Positions 10,516 through 18,862 of a stretch of DNA of 20,000 bases are shown here, in pieces. Made by a program: the position numbers and the translations under genes. Within the stretch, counting starts at the first letter, position 1. Each line of letters begins with the position of its first letter. This DNA comes from Squalus acanthias (Eukaryota), in contig JASTWF010000349.1 of the NCBI GenBank assembly GCA_030390025.1, positions 485,614-505,613 of the forward strand, read 5' to 3'. The notes below the pieces were generated by a model. That model ran no database searches. It had not been told where the DNA came from and saw nothing but the letters and a program-made list of their open reading frames with translations.

Positions 10516-11012
10516 CCAGCACTAACAAATTGAGCACACCGAAAGAGAAGATCCGAAGCAATGTAGAGGAGACCCCAGGCGGGGTAACATCAGGAAAGAT
10601 AGAAGAAACAGAGGATACCTCAGGCGGGGCAGAATTGGAACACTGGAATGGACTATTAGAAGGGAGAAATCTTCAAGACTCCCTACTAACTAACGCCCAA
10701 GTTGAGAGAGAGCAATAAGAACTAGCTAGAGTAGTCAAGAGCCGATTGTGAGAAGTCAATAAGGATATTTCCTTCTCAAAGAAGGGAATTGTAAGAAATA
10801 GCTGTTAGATTCAAAGATGGGTTTTAATTCTTAGAACAGAAACTGACAACATGCAGCCAGGAATAGATAGCAGAAATGCCAGCAAGGTCGAATATCAAGC
10901 ATCAAAAGACAAATAGAAGTGATAAGGGAATCGTAAAATGCAAAACAACACAGGGGGGTAATAGACAGAAAAAAGGGAGTCAAAAAAAATTAAATTTTGA
11001 AGGACTTACACA

Positions 11013-12353
11013 ATGAAGCTGTTACTTATATTTTGCATATTAATCGGACTGATATGCGTGACGTGCCAAAGAGGTGGGGAAGGATCCCGAAAGAAACGAG
11101 AATTACACGTTAACACTTTCTTGTACATGTCTTACGAGCATGCTAAAATTAGTGGTAGATCTAGTTGTTGGGTCTGTGCCCTATTCACACCACGGGAGGG
11201 ATCCCCCTCAGATCAATTCCCTTTAATACTTCCGAAACAGCAGAATGGGTAATAAGAAGAAACAGTTCAAGGGACCCGGATAAGACCTCAGAAGTAGAAC
11301 AGTGGAGATCAGCAGGGTATAACCTAACCACCTTTCAGGGGTGGTATGCCAGCCCAATTATAATCATACTCGAATACCCCCGTTTCTTGTATTAACTAAT
11401 ACCTCAGGAGTCGGTAGACCACAAGGGGCATTATGTTTTAAAAAGCAGGCTGCAGTAAGCAGGATGCAGGATGAAAAGAAAGTCGGAGAGAGTTCCTGTA
11501 ATCAAACAGTCATGTGGCAACCACCAATTCCTGGCCTGCTTGAGCAGGGATTTTTTCAAATTGACTGGACTAAAGTAAATAATAAAACCAGTAGGTCCCC
11601 CTGGACAGGCGACCCTATCCGAATATGGATGGGAGGAGAGGGTAACTTGATGGCCTATAATTGCACCTATTTTATATGCGGGAACAAGGCTTATCCATGG
11701 TTGCCACATAACTGGACAGGGTCCTGCTATTTGGGTTATGTAGTACCTTATATCCACATTTTAGACAATATAGGAGAACATTATGAATTCCAAAGAAGTA
11801 AAAGAGAGATAGCAACTTATGAAAGAGTCTTTGGAATATTAATAGCCCCATACGGAATAGGGAAGTTAATGGGAGAAGTAAACGAGCTAGCAGATCTGAT
11901 AGAAAAAGTGGCAAATGAAACTGAGGAAGGATTGTCCGAAATGAGTGCTGAAATATTAGCTATAAGAGTAATGACATTGCAGAATCGAATGGCATTAGAT
12001 TATCTGTTGGCAAATATAAAGGAGGAACTTGTGCTTTGATAGGGAGTGAATGTTGTACCTATATCCCAGACAGTTCAGAAAATATAACTAACATAGTTAA
12101 ACACATAAGAGATGCAGTGAGTCAGTATAAGAATCCAAAGAGCCAAGGATGGTTTGACTGGATACTGGGAGGATGGCTGGGATCAATGGGACAAATATTA
12201 TTGTATGGATTAGTAGTAATGGTAGCAGTAATTCTGTTTGTCACAATGATTAAATGCTGTTGTAATAGGCTAGGTAAGGCAGCTATACCTGGAGGAAGTA
12301 TGATAGTACAGAGGGAAATAAATGAAGAAGAAGAGAAGAGAACAGTCCCCTAG
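11013..12353 (+). pseudogene. env: Gamma-type retroviral Env (SU-TM) with three frameshifts
   Basis: Signal peptide MKLLLIFCILIGLICVTC; CWVC (CxxC); FICGNKAYPWLPHNWTGSCYLG; furin site RSKR; immunosuppressive domain LQNRMALDYLLA; CALIGSECC (CX6CC); transmembrane ILLYGLVVMVAVILFVTMI. Frameshifts near 11180, 11350 and 12015. Confidence 0.95.
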
Positions 12354-12651
12354 GGGAAGAGCTAAGGCGATTGGGTAAGATAAATTTTTAAGGATTAGAT
12401 GACCAAGATGATGCCAGTTACAGTGGCCAAAATTAAGACTGGACAAATTAGAATTGAAAGAAATACATGCCCAACCCTAAGGATAGACAGAAAGGAGAGA
12501 CGATCTTAAATAAGGTCAGCCATCAATACAGGTATAATCCCGAGGATGGTTAAAACAGAAAAGAAGTTGGCATCCCTGGCCAAAATCCAAATTTGGTACA
12601 GGAACCGACAGGAGAGACCGAAAGGGTTAAATTGAGCTATTTTGTCCTAGA

Positions 12652-12669
12652 AGGACAAAATGGGGGAAA
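12652..12669 (+). promoter_or_regulatory. Polypurine tract
   Basis: AGGACAAAATGGGGGAAA directly abuts the TG start of the 3' LTR. Confidence 0.85.
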
Positions 12670-13197
12670 TGTGGAAGTGCAGTTTTTGTCTCGGACAAAA
12701 TGGCTTCCTAGATACAAAGAGTGATCCAAAATGGCCGACTCTGACTTGTATTGAATAAAGAAAGAAGTTGTTTATGACTTCTCACGGAAATGAAAATAAA
12801 CTTTGCAGTCTATGTTGTTTTCATAGTACAGAACAAATTATGCTTCTTCTAATCAACTTGAGATAACCAAAGAATAGTGAAGTAAACAGCCAGGTGCCTT
12901 GGCCTTGGTGGGAGAAGAACAGACAGACAGACTCCATTTTGTAGCGATTAGCTAGTCTCATTGTAAGGCATTTCTGATGTTTTTTAACTCGTAACTTAGC
13001 TTACCTTAAACAACATGTCATGTGATATGGGAAGCTTGTGTTTTCAGTGTATAAGATCTTCCAGTTTCTGTGATTCTTCAGTCTGTCATCGTAGCTATTT
13101 GGCTATGGTTGCATTCTCCTTGCAAGTAAAGTAAATAATAAAGCCTTCTTTGACGATATTGTTTAAAGAGTCTTACTCAGAAGTCGAAACTTCGACA
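12670..13197 (+). repeat. 3' LTR (528 bp)
   Basis: Direct repeat of 5276-5803; AATAAA at 13137-13142; ends in CA followed by the CATC duplication. Confidence 0.97.
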
Positions 13198-13201
13198 CAT
13201 C

Positions 13202-14113
13202 TGCGCAATGCTGCAGCAAGAGCTGGAGCCCAGAGGAGCAGGTGGACACCCCTTACCAGTGGCCGTCAAAGTCACCACCGCACTCAACTTTTTTGCTTCA
13301 GGCACATTCCAGGGATCAGCAGCAGACATCAGCGGCGTCTCCCAGGCGGCCGCACACACTTGCATCACGCAGGTAACCAATGCCCTCTTTGCCATCGCGC
13401 ACAATTACATCAACTTCTCCAAGGATCAAGCCAGTGTAACTGCGCGTGCGGTTGGGTTTGACAATCTGGCAGGCTTTCCAAGGGTGCAGGGTGTCGTTGA
13501 CTGCACACATGTGGCCCTTAAGGCACCCCATCACAATCCAGGTATTTTTGTCAACCGCAAGGGCTTCCACTCCCTCAACGTACAGCTGGTGTGTGACCAC
13601 AAGAAGGAAATTTTGCATTTTTGTGCCAAGTACCCTGGCAGTTGCCATGACTCCTTCATCCTGCGCCAGTCTAGTGTGCCTCCACTCTTCAGTCTGCCAG
13701 ACCAACTTAACGGATGGCTACTTGGAGACAAGGGCTATCCCCTGAAGACGTGGCTAATGACGCCGTTGAGGAGCCCATCCAACGAAGCTGAGGAGTGCTA
13801 CAACTCCAGCCACATTTCCACCAGATCCATAATCGAGCAAACCATCGGCTTGCTGAAGATGCGCTTCAGATGCCTGGATGTCTCCAGAATCGTCGTGGTT
13901 TGCTGTGCACTTCACAACATGGCACAGCATCGTGGCTTGCAGATGCCTGAGGAACAAGTGGCTCATCACATAGCCTCCTCAGATGAGGAGGAGGAGGAGG
14001 AGGAGAGCGACAACGACCAGCTTGCAGAGGCGCATCAACCAGCGGCAGCAGCATGCGAGCACATTGCTGCCCGGGATGCAAGGGACGCACTCATCTTGGC
14101 CAGATTTGCTTAG
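13202..14113 (+). pseudogene. Harbinger (HARBI1-like) DDE transposase, C-terminal part
   Basis: [11 protein letters not shown] helix-turn-helix region, [70 protein letters not shown]; reconstructed protein is 402 aa with 4979-5275. Confidence 0.95.
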
Positions 14114-14369
14114 CCTAGCCAATCAAACACTTTTGCCTCGCAGCTTCTTACCAGAGCATCGACAATGTCCAAGAACCTGCGGTTCCTACCTTTCTGACCA
14201 CCATACTGACAATTGCAAGTCATCCTAAGCCCTCAATGTGGAAGTCCCATTAGCGATATGACACACGCCACAACTGCAACAGTTGACATCAGAATTTTTA
14301 ATGACAATAACCAACTGATGGCTTTTCAACATTAAACATAACATTTCACCCAAGTGACTACCTTTGTGA

Positions 14370-15477
14370 CTATTTGTGCATTATCTTCCTCTTACGCGTG
14401 CTCTTACGTGGTGCTTCCCCTGTGGCTTCAGCAGATGTGGAGGCCCCTTGCTCACTTTCTTGCTGCTCCTGTCTTGACGCCTTTGGCGGGCGTCCTCTGG
14501 GGTTGCGAGCCTGTGAGGGCTCGGCAACAGTCTGCTGCTCCTGTGGCTGTGCAGGGGTTGAGACGCCGATCTCAGTTGGGTGGGGACTCTGGTGGGGCTC
14601 TGACTGAGGGCTTTGCAGTGGCATGGTCGTGTGAGCGCTTGGAGAGGAGCCCCCACGTCCTTGTTGTCTGCCACCAACATCCCTCTCATGGGTCAGCCCC
14701 ACTTCAGAGCTAGCAAGTGGCTTGACAGCACCTTGCTGCACTTCAGGGGGTCCATGAGGACCCGTTTCTGTACTGGAAGTCCTACTCCCGAGGTCTTGCC
14801 TGAAGGTCTGGTTTGTTTGCTCAAGAGCTGACCATCGCTCCTCAAGAGATGTCATTTTATTCTGAACAAATACCATGTTTTCCATACCCTGGCGACTAAG
14901 CTCCTCCATGGACATAGCCATCCTCTCCTCTACCGTAGCCATCCTCTCCTCTACGGTAGCCAGCCTTACCATGGAGGTAGACATCCTTTCCACGGAGGTT
15001 GCCATCCTTTCCGTGGTGATGCGTTCATGCGCCAACGCCTCCACAAAGGCTCTGCTCATGTTAGCGATGGACTCCTCCATTCGCTCCACACTCGCAGCGA
15101 CCCTGGAGACAAAACCTGCCAGAGACTCCTGCACCTTTTCCTGGAGTTCCAGCACCGCTCTTCTCTGGATGGACCCGGAGGCACTGGGGCGACATGCAGC
15201 TGAGCCGAGCTGGCAGAGTCCTGCACCCTCCGACTAGGACTCTCCACTGCTGTCGCTGTCTCCACCATCTGCTGATGCTCACTTGTGAGCTGTGATACAC
15301 CAGCTGACAACACTACTCTATCTCCCGAAGGTCCCACCGAGGTGTGAGTGTCTGCGCTGGTGCTGGGTGCGCTTAATTCTGCTGACGCTGCGCCCTCAGA
15401 GGTTGCAGCTTCCTTTGAGGAGTCTGGAGGCTCAGGCTGTTCCTCCTGGATAGAGGGGACGGGGGCTTTCGATGGTC
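14370..15477 (-). pseudogene. Harbinger Myb/SANT-like protein, exon 3 (low-complexity linker, coiled coil, basic tail); one frameshift
   Basis: Acceptor CTCTTTCCTTTACTCCCCCACAG|GA at 15478/15477; in frame with ORF 15337-15056, then a frame change near 15160-15190 into ORF 15155-14370; heptads ERMATSVERMSTSMVRLATVEERMATVEERM; tail RKSTRKRK. Confidence 0.75.
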
Positions 15478-15633
15478 CTGTGGGGGAGTAAAGGAAAGAG
15501 TCAGAGATGTGAGGCCAAGGTTACATGCACATTGAATATTGCAGATGATCAAAAGTCAATCTGTTAGAGCATCAGAATCATTATCAGTGACTCATGCAAT
15601 GTCAATGGGAGAGATGATAAACTATTCTGTCAC

Positions 15634-15793
15634 CAGCTTGCTCTGATGCACCCGTCTGTCCGTCCCACACTTGCACATCCTCCTCCACTCCCACGATCTC
15701 CAGGGTCGCCTCCTCCCAGGGGGTGAGCTGGGCTACTGAGGGTGGCCCTCCTCCTGTCCTCGCTCTTTCCCTCTTATTGTAAGCTCTCTTTTC
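15634..15793 (-). CDS. Harbinger Myb/SANT-like protein, exon 2
   Basis: Acceptor TGTCTCCCTCATTGCAG|GAA, EKRAYNKRERARTGGGPP..LTPWEE motif, donor G|GTGACA; 160 nt, phases match exons 1 and 3. Confidence 0.85.
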
Positions 15794-16136
15794 CTGCAAT
15801 GAGGGAGACAAGTGGAGTTTGAGTGAGAATGAAGGAGTGAGTGTAGAGAATCCATATCATTGATGGCTAGAAGGAGACAAAGATGGGGTGAGGTGGCAAG
15901 ACCAAGGGCCCTCCCTGTGTGTTGTAAGTTGTTTTCATAGCATCACAGTGATAGGGAGTGTGCGGGCTGCATAGTCGAATAGTTAGGTGAATGTGACCAT
16001 AGAGAGAGAGGGAATGGGTAAGGGTGCAGGGAAGTCAGTGTCAAGTGGGATGTGGAGGAAGAGGTCGTCAAAGCTGAGTGCTCGTGAGGAGAGGCAATGG
16101 GGATCAGAATGAGGGTGATGGGAAAGTCATACTCAC

Positions 16137-16376
16137 TTTTCCAGTGCGCAGAAGGTCATGAAACCTCTTCCTGCATTGCAGCCAGGTTCTGCGGGTTATT
16201 GACAAAGAGTTGACCTCCTGGGCCACCTGGATCCACACAGCTTTCGTCTGCTGGGGAGGCTTCTTCCTCCCTGAGGAAGGGAAGAGCACCTCCTTATTCC
16301 CTCTTGCTCCCTCCACCAGAGCTTGCAGGGTGGCGTCATCGAACCTTGGTGCAGACTTTGGCCTACTGCTGGACAT
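16137..16376 (-). CDS. Harbinger Myb/SANT-like (trihelix) DNA-binding protein, exon 1
   Basis: MSSSRPKSAPRFDDATLQALVE...LFP...AVWIQVAQEVN....RTWLQCRKRFHDL is a Myb/SANT-like domain; 80 codons ending at donor AAA|GTGAGT. Confidence 0.9.
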
Positions 16377-16640
16377 ATTGGCTGGAGGAATCTATCACAG
16401 CAAAGGGCATAAGGTTTGCAGTCTGCAGAAGAAGCAAGGCTGCTTGCAGACCTTAAATCCAGCAGCATTGATGACGCCATCGGAGGCGACTTTCAGGATG
16501 GAAAGACTCATTGGGCCAGGGGTTCCCACACGCTGGAAATCAATTGCCCAATTAGGGGAAAATTGCATATTTTTCCCACGTTAAATTGGAGTCGGGTGGC
16601 TAACACGTAAAGCGGCTGACACGCCCCTAGCCCGCCCCAA

Positions 16641-16656
16641 TGGCAAAATCGAGCCC
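16641..16656 (-). repeat. Right terminal inverted repeat of the Harbinger element
   Basis: TGGCAAAATCGAGCCC followed by TCT. Confidence 0.95.
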
Positions 16657-16672
16657 TCTATATTCAGCCTGG
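16657..16672 (-). mobile_element. Short 5' remainder of the CR1 interrupted at 4459
   Basis: Joining the flanks restores an open CR1 ORF2 frame on the minus strand: QAEYRKSRGEVKKEIRGAKRGYENRLVANIKGNPKVFWRHINSKR. Confidence 0.75.
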
Positions 16673-16696
16673 CAGACATCCCAAGGAAACTAATAT

Positions 16697-17163
16697 TGAA
16701 ACAGAAAATGCTGGAGACACTCAGCAGGTCAGGCAGCATCTGTGAAGAGAGAAACAGAGTTAACGTTTCAGGTCGATGACCTTTCGTCAGAACTGGAAAA
16801 AAGCAGGAAATGGAACAGATTTTAAAACAAGTTTAGGGGCTGGGAAATGGGGGAGGGGATGAAAGAACAAAAGGGAAGGTCTGTGATAGGATAGAAGGCA
16901 GGAGAATTAAAGAGACATTAAGAGATATTCAAGGCAAAAGGAGATGGTAATGGGACAGGTTAAGAAACAAAGGATGGCTCGAGATGAAGTGTAAATTGCG
17001 CTGGCAGAATGGAAGACAGCTGCCGTTGTGGGAGAGGAGAACAAAAGGCACAAACAAAAAGTGTGGATAAAACATATATATATGATAGGGGCCGAGGTTA
17101 TGATCTGAAATTGTTGAACTCTATATTGAGTCCAGAAGGCTGTAAAGTGCCTAATCGAAAGAT
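16697..17163 (-). mobile_element. Penelope-like retroelement 3' fragment (end of GIY-YIG ORF plus 3' region)
   Basis: Minus strand 17163-17098 reads IFRLGTLQPSGLNIEFNNFRS*, the L.T..P.GLN end of Penelope ORFs; a hammerhead motif lies downstream. Confidence 0.82.
16758..16794 (-). ncRNA. Minimal type I hammerhead ribozyme motif
   Basis: Minus strand AGTT-CTGACGA-A-AGGTC-ATC-GACCT-GAA-ACGT-T-AACT: both core boxes, 5-bp stem II, 4-bp stem I and a palindromic ACGT stem III. Confidence 0.7.
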
Positions 17164-18068
17164 GTTCGCTGATGATTGCACAGTTTTCAGTTCCATTCGC
17201 AACTACTCAGATAATGAAGCAGTCCATGCCCACATGCAGCAAGACCTGGAGGACATACAGGCTTGGGCTGATAAGTGGCAAGTTACATTCGCGCCACACA
17301 AGTGCCAGGCAATGACTATCTCCAACAAGCGAGAGTCTAATCACTGCCCCTTGACATTCAACAGCATTACCATTGCTGAATCCCCCACCATCAACATCCT
17401 GGGGGTCACGATTGACCAGATACTCAACTGGATCAGCCACATAAATACAGTGGCTACAAGAGCAGGTCAGAGGCTGGGTATTCTGCGGCGAGTGTCTCAC
17501 CTCCTGACTCCCCAAAGCCTTTCCACCATCTACAAGGCAGAAGTCAGGAGTGTGATCGAATACTCTCCGCTTGCCTGGATGAGTGCAGCTCCAACAACAC
17601 TCAAGAAGCTCGACACCATCCAAGACAAAGCAGCCCGCTTGATTGGCACCTCATCCACCACCTTAACATTCACTCCCTCCACCACCGGCGCACCGTAGCT
17701 GCAGTGTGTACCATCTCAAGATGCACTGCAGCAACTCACCAAGGCTTCTTCGGCAGCACCTCCCAAACCCATGACCTCTACCACCTAGAAGGAGAAGGGC
17801 AGCAGGCACATGGGAACACCATCACCTGCAAGTTCCGCTGCAAGTTACACACCATCCTGACTTGGAAATATATCGCCGTTCCTTCATTGTCGCTGGGTCA
17901 AAATCCTAGAACTCCCTCCCAAACAGCACTGTGGGAGCACCTTCACCACACGGACTGCAGCGGTTCAAGGCGGCGGCTCACCACCACTTTCTCACGGGTA
18001 ATAAGGGATGGGCAATAAATGCAAGCCTTGCCAATGACGCCCACATCCCAAGAACGAATAAAAAAAAA
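17162..18068 (+). mobile_element. 5'-truncated CR1-clade LINE (RT C-terminus plus 3' tail)
   Basis: MFADDCTVF...QQDLEDIQAWADKWQVTFAPHKCQ...ILGVTID..LNWISHI...IYKAEVRSVIEYSPLAW; ends AATAAATG...GAACGAATAAAAAAAA. Confidence 0.88.
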
Positions 18069-18862
18069 GTAACATAAAATTACAAAGAGATGTTAATAGA
18101 TTAAGTGAATGGGCAAAAATGTTGCAAATGGATTTCAATTTAGGCAAATGTGAGTTCATCCACTTTGGGCCTAAAAAGCATAGATCAGGGTACTTTCTAA
18201 ACGTAAAAAGAAACAGTGGAGGACCAAAGAGACTTGGAGGTCCAGGTACATCGATCATTAAAATGTCATGGACAGGTATAGAAAATAATCAATAAGGCGA
18301 ATATTGGCCTTTATATCTAGAGGACTAGAGCACAAGGGGGTAGAAGTTATGCTGCAGCTATACAAAACCCTGGTTAGACCACACCAGTACTGTGAGCAGT
18401 TCTGGGCACCACACCTCAGGAAGGATATATTGGCCTTGGAGGGAGTGCAGCGTCGGTTTACCAGATTGATACCTGGACTCCAGGGGAGAGATTACACAAA
18501 CTAGGGTTGTATTCCCTGGAATTTAGACGGTCAAGGGGTAATTTGATCGAAGTTGTCAAGATATTAAGGGGAACTGACAGGGTCGACAGAGAGAATTGGA
18601 AGTCTGATTGGGAGTCTAGGACTAGGGGACAGAGCCTAAAAATGAGCCTTTCAGGAGTAATTTTAGGAAACATTGCTACACGCAAAGGGTGGTAGAAGTT
18701 TGGAACTCTCTTCCACAAACGGTAATTGATGCTCGATCAACTGTTTATTTTAAATCTGAGATTGATAGATTTTGGTTAACCAAAGGTATTAAGGGATATG
18801 GGCCAAAGGTGGGCATATGGAGTTATATCGCAGATCAGCCATGATCTCATTGAATGGTGGAG
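18069..18862 (+). mobile_element. Decayed CR1 LINE 3' fragment
   Basis: LQRDVNRLSEWAK..QMDFN..KCEFIHFG; LQLYKTLVRPH.YCEQFWAPHLRKDILALEGVQRRFTRLIPG; 3' UTR-like CAGATCAGCCATGATCTCATTGAATGG. Confidence 0.88.

Larger units (their letters stand above)
5276..13197 (+). mobile_element. Endogenous retrovirus provirus (class I/epsilon-like frame, non-autonomous)
   Basis: Paired TG...CA LTRs, CATC duplication at 5272-5275 and 13198-13201, PBS, PPT, gag/pro remnants and gamma-type env. Confidence 0.97.
4460..16656 (+). mobile_element. Full-length PIF/Harbinger DNA transposon (about 4.27 kb without the nested ERV)
   Basis: Perfect 16-bp TIRs GGGCTCGATTTTGCCA (4460-4475) and TGGCAAAATCGAGCCC (16641-16656), flanked by TCT at 4457-4459 and 16657-16659; encodes a DDE transposase and a Myb/SANT-like protein. 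Confidence 0.96.

Noticed and set aside
10530..10718. 62-aa acidic ORF as a retroviral accessory gene
   Set aside because: It has a TTG start, is short and shows no motif; it cannot be supported without homologues.
7675..12630. TTAACCCTTT at 7675 and 8617 with inverted AAAGGGTTAA at 12621, resembling piggyBac ends around the env genes
   Set aside because: The inverted match extends only 6-7 bp past TTAA and there is no piggyBac transposase.
12546..12635. Short ORF containing KIQIWYRNR, resembling homeodomain helix 3
   Set aside because: Only 29 aa, with no helix 1/2 pattern at the right spacing; probably chance.
13208..14113. Domesticated host gene HARBI1
   Set aside because: It lies between TIRs with a target duplication and a Myb-like partner, so it is a transposon copy.
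17009..17698. 229-aa ORF as a real gene
   Set aside because: It is a fusion of antisense Penelope sequence and a LINE RT fragment starting at MFADD.
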